Positions 39,630-54,823 of a DNA stretch of 64,000 nucleotides are shown here, one piece after another (the stretch's first letter is position 1; every line of letters begins with the position of its first letter). This DNA comes from the human T2T-CHM13v2.0 reference genome, Homo sapiens, in the NCBI RefSeq assembly GCF_009914755.1, contig NC_060933.1; one strand, written 5' to 3'. The notes below the pieces were generated by a model. It was not told where the DNA came from. It made no database searches and worked only from the letters and a program-made list of their open reading frames with translations. A program made the position numbers and the translations under genes.

Positions 39630-41549
39630 AGAAGCAAGCAAAAAAGGCACCAACAAAAGCCTGCTTTATTTAGCCAAAGGACCAGAAAGAGGGAAGCCTA
39701 GGAGGCCAGAAACCTATTAGAAACTGACTGCTTTACTGCGTCCAAACACCACAGGAAGAATCTATGGCTTCACTTCAACACAGTCTAGAGCAGGACAAGT
39801 GGAGAGCATAGACTTCCATCTTCATCAGCCTGTAGTAAGACTCCAAATCCTTCCACCAGGGTCGTGTCAGAGAAAGCTGAGTTGTAACTTTCTCTACTAA
39901 GCTGTAAAGAGGCACCCTCCACAGCATCAAAGGAGACTATATGGGAACCAGGACTTCCACCCGTCCCTCGTAGTAAATGAGATGCCCTCTTATACTAGGG
40001 TGGTGTCAGAGAAACCTGATTGAAAAATGAGGACTTTCACCACTACTCAGCAATACCAAGTACCACTTCATATAGTGTGAAGGGAGGCCACATGGGGAGG
40101 AGTAACAAGGCACCCCTAACCCTCCAAGATAGGAAGTTATCAGTGGAGGCCTGATGGAAAGTCAGAATGCCCAAACAGATCAACAATAATGAGGAGATTT
40201 TCACCCTGAGTGTCAACAGAGGCTGAGTGGGGAATTTGACTTACTGCCACCACCTGGCAATATCCAGGCAGAGTCAGAGTAAGCCAGGTAAAATGGAAAG
40301 TTTAAGTAACATCCAGAGTCTCATAATATAATACCCAAAATGTCCAGGTTTTAGTTTGAAAAATCACTCATTATACCAAATCCAGGAAGATCTCAAGCTG
40401 AATGAAAAATCATGATCAATAGATGCCTACACTGAGATGGCAGAGTTGCTAGAATTATCCGACAAATATTTCAAGGCAGCCATCATAATAATGCTTCAGT
40501 GAGCAATTACAAACATGTATAAAATAAATTAAAAAAACAGAAAGTTTCAGCAAAGAAATATAAGAGATAAAGAAGAATCAAATGGGAATGTTAAAAATAA
40601 GAAATACAATAACCAGAATAAAGGACTCAATGGGTGGGCTCAAGAGCAGGATAAAGAAGACAGAGGAAAGAATCAGTGAACCAGAAGGTGCAACAATAGA
40701 ACTTATCTGACCTGAACAAAGAGAGAAAATAGACTGAAAGAAGCAAATGAACAACATCTCAAGGACCTGTGTGTGGGACTTTAACGAAAGGTCTAATGTT
40801 TTGTCATCAGAGTCCCAGAAAGAGAAGGGAAAGGGGACAGAACAGAAAAAAGTATTTTTTAAAATGGCTAAAAACAACTCTCAAGTTCGACGAAATATAT
40901 AAGTTTACAGATTCAAGAAGATTTACTGAACCACAAGCAGGACAATCCCCAAAAATTTATACCAAGAGACATCATAGTCAAATTTCTGAAAATTAAAAGA
41001 AAACAAAACAACAAATCTTGAAAGCTGTGACAGAGAAATGATACCTTACCTAGCGGCAAAAACAATTAGAATGGCAGAGGATTTCTCATTAGAAACTATG
41101 GAAACCAGAGGAAGTGATACAATATTTTTCAAGTGCTCAAAGAAAAGAAATGTCAACTCAGAATCCTACATCCTTCAGAAATGAAGCATAAATCAAGACG
41201 TTCTGAAATGAAGAAAAAACTAAAAGAATTTGTTGCCAGCAAACCTACCCTCAAAAGAATCTCTGAAGGAAGATCTACAAAGAGAATGGAAACAATCTTG
41301 GAATATCAGGAAGGAATAAAGAACACAGTAAGCAAAAATATGGATAAGTACAATAGACTTTCCTTCTGTTGAATATTCTAATTTTGTTTGAAGGTTGAAG
41401 TAAAATTGGAATACTGTCTGATATCCTTTGAAATGTATGTAGAGGCAACATGTAAGACAATGACATTATAAACAGGGGAAGGTAAAGGGACATAGAGGGA
41501 AGTAGGTGTTGAATTGGTAAAATAAGAACACCAGTATAGTGTGATAAGG

Positions 41550-41985
41550 TTTATATATATATTTATACAGACACACATACATATACACACATATGTAAAA
41601 TATAAATATATAAACTATATATATAAATTTTTATATATGTATTATACATAAAAATAATATATATAGAAATATATAAATTTGTATATATAGAAATAATATC
41701 TATAAATAACATATAAAGATATATAACATAATATATGTATATATTTCTATATTATATAAAAATATATAACATATATAATATATAACATATATAATATAAT
41801 ACATTAAATATATAATAAAAATTTATATATATAATTTCATGTGGTGTGTCTATGTATTAAACTGTACATATACATATATGTATATATATGTATACACATA
41901 TAAAAATTTATTTTTTTAGTGTTACCTAGGTATCTATAGATTATATATATATAACATATATGTGTGTGTTTATATATGTATAGGT
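41550..41985. repeat. AT-rich (TA)n-like low complexity
   Basis: Directly visible. Confidence 0.92.
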
Positions 41986-43089
41986 AGAGATACCTACTAA
42001 TACTTAGAACATCCACTAAAAGCTATGTGGAGATATACAGTATAGATAACACCATAGATAAGTAAAAATGGAATTCTAAAGAATGTTCAAGTAACCCACA
42101 GAAGGTAGAAAGTAGAAAACAGAGAAATAAAAACAGAGAACAACAGAAAACAAAAAATAAAATGGGAGACAATCCCTAAAATATCAATAATGACATTAAA
42201 TTTAATGTAATTAAATGTAAATGGTCTAAATACACCAATTAACAGACAGATATTGGCAAAGTAGGTTAAAAGACGTAACCCAACTACAATAAACCTATTT
42301 CAAATACAATGATACAGATAGGTTGAAAGTAAAAGGATGTAAAAAGATACATCATGCACACATTAATCAAAGGAGACCAGGAATGGCTATATTATCAGAC
42401 AAAGTGGACCTTAAAGAAATAAAAATTATATAAACTTTTAAAACTTTTTAAATTTAAAATTTTAAAACCCTAAAGAAGACTTAGCAATCCTTAAGGTATA
42501 TGTGCAAAAAGACAGAGTTGCAAAATATGAAGCAAAAACTGAATTTAAAGGAAATTTAAAGAATTTAAAGGAAAAATCCACAATTATAGTTGGAGACTTC
42601 AATACATCTCTTTCAACAGCTGATAGAACAACTAGATAGAAAATCAGCAAGCGCATAGAAGAACTCAACACCAGCACCAATCAACAGGATCTAATCAACA
42701 TTTATAGAACACTCCATTCAACAAGCGATGAATACAGATGCTTTTCAAGTGCCCAGAGAACATATACCAAGAGGGACCACATTTTGGGTCATAAAAGAAA
42801 CATTAACAGATTTTAAAGGATTGGAATGGTAAAGAGTGTTCTCCAACCACATGAAATTAAACTAGAAATCAATTATAGAAAGAGAGCAGAAAAATCTCCA
42901 AACACTTGGAAAATAAACAATACTTAACTTCTAAATAATCCATGAGTCAGACAGGAAGTCTCAAGCGGAGTTAAAAATATGTTGATGAGAATGAAAGTAA
43001 AAATATGACATATCAAAATCTCTGGAACACAACTAGAGAAATGTGGACAGGGAACTTTGTAAGCCTAAATGCATACATTAGAAAACAGA

Positions 43090-43230
43090 AGAGTTGTGTG
43101 TAATGGTGCATGCCTATAGTCCTAGCTACTCAAGAGGTTGGAATGAGAGAGTCACTTTCACCCAGGAGCTCAAGACCAGCCTGGGTGACAGCAAAAACTG
43201 TCTCTAAAAATAAAAAGGAAAAGAAAAGAA
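43090..43230 (+). mobile_element. FLAM Alu monomer
   Basis: ggtgcatgcctatagtcctagctactc...gaccagcctgggtgaca. Confidence 0.8.
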
Positions 43231-43290
43231 GGCAAGTCTCAAATCAATAATCTAAGCTCCCACCTTAAGAGCCTAGATAAAGAAAAGCAA

Positions 43291-43642
<352 letters not shown>

Positions 43643-44677
43643 TCAATGAAATTTTAAAACAAAAAACAATAGAGAAAATAAATGAAACAACTCATTCTTT
43701 CAAAATATCAATAAAGTTGACAAGCCTCTAGTAATACTAATAAAGTAAAAATAGAAGGCACATTTATTCATATCAGTAATAAAATGGGGAATCACTACGG
43801 ATCCTGCAACATCAAAAGGACAATAGGGAAGTACTACAAACAATTACATATGTGTAAGTTTGAAAACTTAGATGAAATTGACTCAATTTCTTGAAAAATG
43901 CCAACTACCACAACTCACCCAATATTAAATAGATAACATTAATATCTTATAATTTATTAGAAATTAAATTTTTAATTTGAAAACTCCCCCAAAAGAAATC
44001 CCCAAGACCAAATAATTTCACTCAAAAATTCTACCAAACATTCAAAGAAGAATTAACTCCAATGCAACACAACCTCTTCCGGAGATTCTAGGAAGTCTTC
44101 AAATGTGTTTTATGAAAGTAGTACTACTCTTCTACCAAAGCTAGAAAAAGCCAGTACAAACAAGAAAACTACAGACCAATATCCCTCATCGATATAGATA
44201 TAAAATTTCTTAAAATACATTAGGACATAGAATTTAGCAATGAATTAAAAGGATTATACACTATGACCAAGTGGTATTTATTTCAGGGATGCAAAGCTGA
44301 TTCAATAATTAACAATCAATCAATATAATCCACCATATTAAAAGGTAAAAGAAAAAAATGACATAATTTTTTGAGTGAGGCAGAAAAATCACTTGACAAA
44401 ACTCCACACTAATTTATGACAAAACTTTCAGAAAAATAGAAATAAAGGGAAACTTCCTCAGCTTGATAAAGCACATTTACAAAAATCTGCTGCTAACATT
44501 ATACTTAATGGTGAAAGACTGAATGATTTTTCCCTAAGACTGGGAAAAAACAACGACATCTGCTTCATTGCTCTTATTCAACTTAGTGTAAGAAGGTCTA
44601 GCCAGTGCAATAAGACAAGAAAACAAAATAGAAGGGATACAGAGCATAAAGCAAGAAATAAAACTGTCCCTAGTTGC

Positions 44678-44746
44678 AAATGTCATAATTGTTTATGTAT
44701 AAATGTCATAATTGTTTATGTATAAATGCCATAATTGTTTATGTAT
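44678..44746. repeat. 23-bp tandem repeat x3
   Basis: aaatg(t/c)cataattgtttatgtat x3. Confidence 0.95.
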
Positions 44747-45592
44747 AAAATACTAAGTAATCTAAAAAAAAATCCTGAAACTAGTGAGTTCAGCAACATC
44801 ACAGGATATGATACACTTTGAAAATCAATTGTACTTCAATACAATAACACATGGACACCAAAATTTAAGATGCAATACCACTTACAACTGTTCAAAACAA
44901 ATAATATACTTAGGTATAAAGCTAACAGTACATACACATATACATATACGTATGCTGAAAACTAAAAATGCTGATGAAATAAATCAAAAAAGATCCAAAC
45001 AAGTGTAGAGACATAACATGCATATATTTTAGGAGACTCAAAAGAGTAAAGATATAAACTCCCCCCAAATTAATATAAAGGTTTAATGAAATTTCTATCA
45101 AAATCCCTAAAAGATTTTTCTGTAGATATAGATAAGATTTTTAAAAAATTATATGAAAAGGCCAAGAAACTAGAATAATTAAAACAATTTTGAAAAAGAA
45201 GAATAAAGGGGAAGGAATCAGTCTGATTTCAAAACCAATGTGGGTAACAAGATGTATATCAGATAAGGAAGTTGTATCAAGAGTAAACAACAAACTCTCA
45301 AAACTCAGTTATAAAAAGGAAAACAACCTAATTTTTTAAATGACACAAATTGAAACATAATTGCACAAAAAAGATTTATAAAATAAAAATAAGAAAGCAC
45401 CATCAGCCTGGGAAATGTATATTAAAAGCATAATGAGATGCCATTATACATTCACCTTGATGGCCAAAATTTAAACCACTCACATCAGTAATGAAGGGAA
45501 CCACTGAAACGCCTGTGTTGTTGGTGACAATGTAAAATGTACAGCCACTGTGAAAAAAATTTTGACAGTTTCTTATAAAGTTAAACATAGGC

Positions 45593-46285
45593 TGCTATGG
45601 TTTGAATGTCCCCTCCAAAAGTCATGTTGATTTTTTTTTTTTTTTTTTTGAGACAGAGTCTCACTCTGTCACTCAGGCTGGAGTGCATTGGTGCAATCTC
45701 GGCTCACTGCAACCTCTACCTTCCCAGGTTCAAGTGATTCTTGTTCCTCAGCCTCCTGAGTAGCTGGGATTACAAGTCCATGTCACCATGCCTGGCTAAC
45801 TTTTGTATTTTTAGTACAGATGGGGTTTCACCATGTTGGCCAGGCTGGTCTCAAACTCCTGACCTGAAGTGATCCACCTGCCTCAGCCTCCCACAGTGAT
45901 GGGATTACAGGCATGAGCCACCACACTGGGCCCCAAAACTCATGTTGAAATTTAATTGCCATTTTGAGGGTAAGAGTTGATTAGGCCATGAGTGCTCTGA
46001 CTTCATGAATAGCTTAATGTAATTATCACAGGAGTGCATTCATCATTGCCAGAGTGGGTTGTTATAAAGGGAAATTTTACCTTCTCTGTCTCACACTCTC
46101 ACCCTCACTTGCCCTTCCTTCTGCCTTCTGCCATGGGATCATACAGCATGAAAGCCCTCATCAGATGCTGGCACCATGCTCTTGGACTCCCCAGTCTCCA
46201 GAACTGTGAACCAAATAAAGTTCTATTGCTTATGAACAACCCAGTCTCACATATCCTGCTGTAGCAGCAAAAATGGACTAAGACA
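45593..46285 (+). mobile_element. MSTB-like MaLR LTR interrupted by an Alu
   Basis: tgctatggtttgaatgtcccctccaaaa...agcagcaaaaatggactaagaca. Confidence 0.85.
45631..45931 (-). mobile_element. AluS
   Basis: Full dimer; TSD ccaaaagtcatgttga / ccaaaactcatgttga. Confidence 0.96.
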
Positions 46286-46809
46286 TACACTTATGACACA
46301 ACCCATAGAAATGAAACCGTACATCACACAAAGACTGTACACAAATATTTATATCAGCTTTAATCATAGTAGCCTGAACTGGAAAAATTCAAACATTCAT
46401 CAACTGATGAGTGGATACACAAATTGTATACCACAATAATGAAGCACAATTTAGCAACAAAGAGGAATGAACTAGTGATATTAGTAGCTACATGGATCAA
46501 TCCCAAAATATTGTGTCAAACAAAGAAGCCAGGCACTAAAGAGTACAATCTGTATGATTTATTTTATATGAAATTCTAAAAAGGCAAATATAATTTATAG
46601 TGACAGGAAACAGGAAAGTTGCTGCTCAGTCTGATGTTGGGAGGAGTTGGCTTGTAAAGGGCGCAGTGAACTTTTTGGTATGATGGAAATCTTCCCTATT
46701 TTGATTGGGTCACACTAATTGAAATGTACACTTAAAATTGGTACATTTTAATGTATGTAATGTATATATAAATTAATTTTTGTTTAAATCAATAAAGTTG
46801 GCTTAAAGA

Positions 46810-47760
46810 ATGTTCAGTCTCTGATAGATCAAATAAGAAAATAGAAGAACTGAATAATATATTTAGTTACAACATATGAGAGAGAGAAACAAGATAGTCT
46901 ATGAATATATTATTCTCAAATTTTCATAGAACATTTTAAAAATTAATGATTTCATGAGTTACATGGAAAAGATGAATCCTAAAAAGGAAGATTTCATTGA
47001 CACATTAATGTAGTACAATGCAGTAAAATAAGGACTGTGTTGCAAAATAATAAATAAAAATCACTTGGAAAATTAAAAATGCCCTCATAAATAAGCTTAA
47101 GTCAAAAGCAAAATCATACTGCAAATACAGGCTAGAAAATAATTATGATAACACTGTGTAACAAGACTTATGAGACTCCAAAGTAGTGCTCAGAGGATAA
47201 TTCATAATTTTAATGTTGTTTATTATGAAACAAAGAAGAATCAAAATAAAGGAACTAAGCATTTATTTCAAAAAGTAAAAAAAATAAAATGAACTTAGCT
47301 AAAGGAGGAAAGAATAAGATTAAAATCAGTACGTTGGAAAAAATGAAAGCAAGATAATTAATGAATTCTAAATATAATTCTTTCTTTTTCTTTTCTTTCT
47401 TTCTTTCTTTTTTTTTTTAAAGACAGGGTCTCGCTTTGTTGCCCAGGCTGGAGTGCAGTGGCACAATCTTGGCACACTGCAATTTCTGCCTCCTGGACTC
47501 AAGCGATCCTCCCACCTCAGCCTCCTAGTAGCTGAGACTACAGGTGCAAGCCACTATGCCTGGCTAAGTTTTCTATGTTTTGTAGAGATGGGGTTTCACC
47601 ATGTTGCCTAGGCTGGTCTCGAATTCCTGAGCTCAAACAATCTGCCTACCACAGCCTCCCAAATTCTGGGATTACTAGATATGATTTAAAAAAAATTCAT
47701 GAGAAAACAAAGTTCTGGTAAAAGTAATCAATTAAAAAAAGAAGAAAGGAAAGGTAGATT
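46810..47760 (+). mobile_element. Ancient L1 ORF2 continuation
   Basis: cagtctctgatagatca...aaaatagaagaactgaataa; aaagtagtgctcagaggataattcata. Confidence 0.6.
47385..47675 (-). mobile_element. AluJ
   Basis: Dimer missing ~20 nt at its 5' end. Confidence 0.93.
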
Positions 47761-47774
47761 AACATTTTTGAGTG

Positions 47775-49935
47775 ATGTTAGGGAAAATGGCCAAGCAAAG
47801 ACTTCCAAAAATTATCTTCTTCATGAAAACTTTTTCAGAACCATGGAAATAAATTAAAGCCTTGTAGCAATGTGGGGAGCATTTACCCAGCAAACTGGCT
47901 GAATGTTGTTAAGAATATCGAGCTTCGTGGTGCTTTAATTGCTTCAGTCCAATATCCCATTCTTCAATGCTACAGTAGCCTTGAAAACAAACAGCCTACA
48001 TATGTGGTGAAAACTAGCATACTGATAATTACCAGAGGGAGAATACAGCTGTAGCTGCTTCAAAGCCTCATTCTCACTGAACTTTCATTATTTAACCTGT
48101 CTGGTGAGTCCCTAGAAGACCTCATGTTCAAGGGTATATTTATTTGACCTGATGGAGTGGCTGGTCCATTGCAAAAAGCCCAGAGCTGTTTGTCAAAAAC
48201 AATGACAGGCAATTGTTTAATTTCTTGGTTTCCCGAGGTGTAGATTTCTGTTGGAACAAGCAATAGACAAAACAAAACAAAAAAAAATAAGAGAAGCTGA
48301 GGAATGAGATGTTCATAGTGGCTTTGAAAGGCTCTGATATTACATTAAAACTTCAACTGCCGTTCATTTTTGCAGAAATTGACAAGCTGATACTACAATT
48401 CACATGAAAATTCAAAAGACTAAGAATATCTAAAACAACTTTGAAAAGAGAAATGAAGATTAGGGACTCATGATTCCCAACTTCAGAACTTAGACTTCAA
48501 AGCTACAATGATCATGACAGTGTGGTAGTGGCATAAGGATATATGTATGTATATATATATATATGATATAGAATTGAGAGTCCAGAAGTAAACCCATTCA
48601 TCTATGGTCAATTGGTTTCTAACAAGAGAGCCAAGAAAATTCAATGGGCAAAGAATACTCTTTTCAACAAATGGCACAGGAATAATTAGCTCTCCACATG
48701 CAAAAAATGAAGTTGAATCCCTACCTCACACTGTGTACAAAAATTAACTCAAAATGGATCAAAGACAAAATATAAAGGCTAAACCTACAAAACTCTTGGA
48801 AGAAAATATTAGTGTAAATCTTTGTGATTTTCAATTAAGCAATAGCTTCTTAGATATAACACCTAACATTCAAGCAAGCAAAGGAAAACTAGATAATTTG
48901 GACTTCACCAAAATTTAACATCTTTGTGCTTCAAAGGACACTATCAAGAAATTGAAAAGACAGCTCACAGAGTGGGAGAAAATATTTGCAAATAACATTT
49001 ATGTGATAATCATATATCTGATATGTGACTTGTATCCAGAACTCTTACAACTCAACAATAAAAAGACTACCCAATTTAAAATAACTCCATAGGCAATGAA
49101 TATAAATAGGAATTCTCCAAATAAGATATAAAAATTGTGAATAAGCACTTGAGAAGATGCCCAACATTATTAGTCTTTAGGGAAATGCAAATAAAAACTA
49201 TGAGATACACTTCACACCCACTATAGGATAGCCATAATTAGAAAGATAGACAATAAGAAGTGTTAGCAAGAATGTGGAGGAATTAGAACCTTCGTACTTT
49301 GCTGGAAGGAATATACAATGGTTCAGCCACTTTGAAAAACAGTTTGGCAGTCCCTCAAAACAGTGAACATAGTGTTACAATATGATCCAGCAGTATTACC
49401 TTTAGCTGTATTTTCAAGAAAATTCAGTGTGTTTACACAAAAAAAATTGTACACGAATGTTTAGTATTATTCAAAATAGCCAAAAAGTGGGAACAACAAA
49501 ATGTCCAGTAAGGGTAAATAGATAGAAAAAAAATGTAACATATCTGTGCAATGGAATATTATTCAATCACAAAAAGGAATTAAATACTGATACATGCTAC
49601 AACATGGATGAATATTGAAAATGTTATGCTGAGTGAAAGAAGCCATACACAAAAGGCCACATATTGTATGATTTCATTTATATGAAATGTCCAGAATAGA
49701 CAAATCCATAGATACAGAAATATTAGTGCTTGCCAGGGGCTGCAGGGAGAGGGAATGGGGAATAGTAGCTTTAATGAGCCAGATTTCTTTTAGGAGTGAT
49801 GAAAACATTCTAGAATTAGATAATGGTGATGATTGTAAAACTTGTGAATATATCAACAGCCAATGAAATTTGCCATCTTACCGCTTTAAAATGCTACATT
49901 TTATGGCATATGAATTATATCCCAATAAAAGTTAC
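47775..49935 (+). mobile_element. Internally deleted L1MB-type element (5' UTR-like segment joined to late ORF2 and 3' UTR)
   Basis: 5'-like segment 47775-48340; ORF2 end from gcagaaattgacaagctgatac; 3' end ggcatatgaattatatcccaataaaa. Confidence 0.75.
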
Positions 49936-49949
49936 ATTGTTCAGAATGA

Positions 49950-51040
<1,091 letters not shown>

Positions 51041-51399
51041 CATGAGTGATATTTAAAATATTTAACAAGAAGTTTAGTAATATAAATGAATACATACATT
51101 AAAAATATTAAAATTCAGTCCCTTTTACTCTTTAAGGAAAAAAATCTATATCAATATGTGATAAAATCACTTGCCCATTAATAGAGGTTGTAATTAAAAT
51201 TGTTCATCGAATTATTCTCATAATTTCCAAATCATTTGTTGATTTTTAAAAATTGCTAGTGCAATTTTTTTTCAATACTGCTATCACTAATTAAATGATG
51301 CTCCTCTCTGAGCTATAACCTAACACACAAACCACATCAAATTCTTCCAAAAATTTATCATTAATTGGTGGTCAGTGGATGACTTGGTAAACCTGCGTC

Positions 51400-52086
51400 T
51401 TTTTTTTCCAACTTTTATTTTAAGTTGAGGGGTACATGTGCAGGATGTGCAGGTTTGTTACATAGGTAAATGTGTGCCATGGTGGTTTGCTACACAGATA
51501 ATTCTGTCACCTAGGTATTAAGCCCAGCATCCATTAGCTATTCTTCCTGATGCTCACCCTCTTCCCATCCCCCACACTCCAACAGGCCCCAATGTGTGTT
51601 GTTCCCTCCCAATGCGTCCATGTGTTCTCATTGTTCATCTCCCGCTTATGAGTGAGAACATGAGGTGTTTGTTTTTCTGTTCCTGTGTTAGTTTGCTGAG
51701 GATAATGACTTCCACCTCCATCCATGTCCCTGCAAAGGACATGATCTCATTTCTTTTTATGGCTGCATAGTATTCCATGGTGTATATGTACCACATTTTC
51801 TTTATCTAGTCTATCATTGATGGGCAACCATCTCACACTAGTCAGAATGGCTATTATTTAAAAGTCAAAAAATAACAGATTCTGGTGACATTGTGGAGAA
51901 AAAGGAATGCTTTTACACTGTTGGTGGGAGTGTAAATTAGTTCAACCATTGTGGAAGACAGTGTGGCGATTCCTCAAAGACCTTGAGGCAGAAATACCAT
52001 TTGACCCAGTAATCCCATTCCTGGGTATATACCCAAAGGAATAGAAATTATTCTATTGTAAAGATACATGCACGCGTATGTTCATT
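51400..52086 (-). mobile_element. L1PA (older primate subfamily) 3' end with 5' inversion
   Basis: 51400-51826 antisense 3' UTR with poly-T; 51827-52086 sense-oriented upstream L1 segment. Confidence 0.93.
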
Positions 52087-54128
52087 ATATCACACATCTT
52101 TTAAGGTCAACAATGTTGTTCATAGTGCTGACTCATCTCTCAGCTTCTGCTGAACTTACAGCAATTAATCTAAAATTTTTCTAGCCTTTAAAATACTCAG
52201 ATTTTATGTTTTTGAATCTCTATTACCAAATAAACCACAAAATTGTTTGCTATAATATTGTTTTTAATTACAAAAATTATTTATCAATTTTAATTTACTT
52301 CTGATCCATTTGGAGTGCCAAAGCAATTGTAATTACAAATTTAAAAACAATTTAGCAAGGAATAATAAAGAAAACGAAAACATATTCTTTTACTTTTGCC
52401 TTTAAACAACAAATACATTTCTGATAACTTGTCAAATATTTTCTCTTTGAATTGATTCTTTAACTTATTTAAAAGGGTATATTATGTTTTTTCTTTCTAT
52501 AAAGTCTCCCTTTTCCTTTAGCTTTCTATGTTCAAACATTTTTAATTTTTAATGCGTTAACCTGCTACAATTAAAACTTTTTATTAAATTGAAGATATTG
52601 ATATTTTATTTTCTAAATTGACATCAACTGAAATCTTTTTTAAATAGGTACTTTTTCTACATATTTGCTCCTATTACTCTAATTTTGTTAAACTGATAAA
52701 CTTGATATAATTTTCAAAGTACTTTTGTAATTATAGCATTATAGGCTGCCCATCATGGCCCAAGTATTCTAAGTTTCTTTCTTTCAATTCCCAAATCTTC
52801 AGATATGTTATTAAACATTTCCTGATGCATGATTATAAATAAAAACTTCATTAAAACACTTATAATTACTTACTTGCTGTATGTATTTACTGCATCATTC
52901 AGGGATAATTGAATTCAGTGAATTGGACAGTACCACATTAAAACATTTAGACATTTTCCTAAAATTTTGGCTAAAACTGTAGACTTTCTCCCTAGCTTTT
53001 CACAGGCATTGCTTATACAAAAATCTAATAAAGTTTGTGTGGAAATATTTCTTATTGAAACCATTTTTCTCATGTGTCAACAATAAATTTTGATGAATTA
53101 CTTCAGATGTTATTTTTTTCCTGCTTCGTGAGATCAACAAAAGCCATTAAATTATCTTCAAAGTCTTCAATTTCACATTTTAAGTAAATTATTAAAACTA
53201 TTTTAAATGAAACATTTGAAGCTTCCTCAATAATTGAAATTTTACTTCCTTGATTTATACATTTTCCAAAAAGTTGTTTTCTCATATTAGTAGATAAATG
53301 TTTTTGCAACAAGCAAGTTCATAATTTAGATTGCCATGATAAGCCCATATTGATATTGTTCTTTTTTTGAAGTTCTATTAAATATTTTATGTCTGAGAAT
53401 GCCCAATTATTTTTAAACATACAGATCATATTTCCTAGATGTTTTTCATTTGCTTTATTGATATTCTCATAAATTATTTTAGAAGTTTTTGTTTTTATAT
53501 GAAACTGATTTATGTTTTTATAATTTTATCATTGATGAGATAAGTTTTTCTTTATTTAAGCCATGAGTTTTAACAGAACATAATTGTCATTCCAGCAAAA
53601 TGTGGAAGTATAACACTTTTAATTATAAAAATTTTGAGCAGTCTTTGATCATCTGAATAACACACACTAGTGATACAAAGCCACTTGTATTATTTTTACT
53701 AAAATAATCCAGTTGTTTTTCATTCCACTTATATATATTATTTGTTTTATTTTGCACCATCTCTTACCCAGTATCAAAAGATGTGCCAGGTTCTGGTTTC
53801 TGCACACTATCAGAAGCTATTCCCAGCATTGTTCATTATTAATATCATTTTTTCTTTGTTCTTCCACAGTCAGAAGATTCATGTTTATAATATTTAAAAA
53901 GAACATTAAGAAACTTATCCAAACTCTGCTGTATCTTCAATCTGGGTTTCATTTTTAATATTTTATTATAAAGTCTTGAATTTATAAACATCAAAACACT
54001 GCACAATTACTATTTAAACAAAGAATGATAGCACACTAACAATAAAACCAAAGTAAAAACTAAACAATTAAGAAGCAGGAGCAATTACCTGATTTGGGCA
54101 TAATAATAAATTGTGGATTCTCCTAAAG

Positions 54129-54629
54129 CAGTCTTTCTTGAACTTTTTGGTCTCAGAATACTTTTACAGTGTTAAAAATTACTTAGGACACCCACAGAGC
54201 TTTTGTTTATGTGGGTTGTATCAATACTTACCATATTAGAAATAAAGACATAACTTTAAAATTTTTGTATTTATTCAGTTAAAAATAACAACAATAAACT
54301 TATTGGATGTTAACATAAATAACATTTTAATGAAAATAATTATATCTGCCAAATCAAAAAAACAGTGAGAAAAGTTTTGTAGTTTTTGCAAATCTCTTTA
54401 ATGTGTTGCTTAATAGAAGTCAGCTGGATTCTCAGATCTGGGTTAAATCTGTTGTGATATCACACATCTCTGCAGCCTCTGGAAAACTCCACTTACACTC
54501 ATGAAAGAATGACAGTGAAAAAGGCAAATAAGTCTTAGTATTATTGTAAAAACAGTTTCGTTGTCACAGACTCCTGAAAGGGTCTAAGATATCCCCAGGG
54601 GTCATCAACCTACATGTTGAGAACCGTTT
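54129..54629 (+). mobile_element. Charlie1b-like hAT element nested in the Arthur1-like element
   Basis: aactttttggtctcag...gagcttttgtttatgtgggttg...ttgagaaccg; imperfect 8-bp TSD tcctaaag / ccctaaat. Confidence 0.75.
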
Positions 54630-54823
54630 CCCTAAATATCTTGCATTTCCTAAAGCATATCCTATGAAGCCACACTGCCTTCTATGAAATGGACCAAACT
54701 GGTGAAGAATGCTGCAGAAAATTGTTCTGATGTCACTACGATGGAAGGCCCATTTATCAGCAGTTGTTGTCATGTGCTACAGCCATTAGCTTGAATGACA
54801 AATTTATATTAGAATATTTATTA

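Larger units (their letters stand above)
45240..46805 (+). mobile_element. L1M 3' region interrupted by an MST LTR
   Basis: gagatgccattatacattcacc; ctgtatgatttattttatatgaaattc; ends aaatcaataaagttg. Confidence 0.75.
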
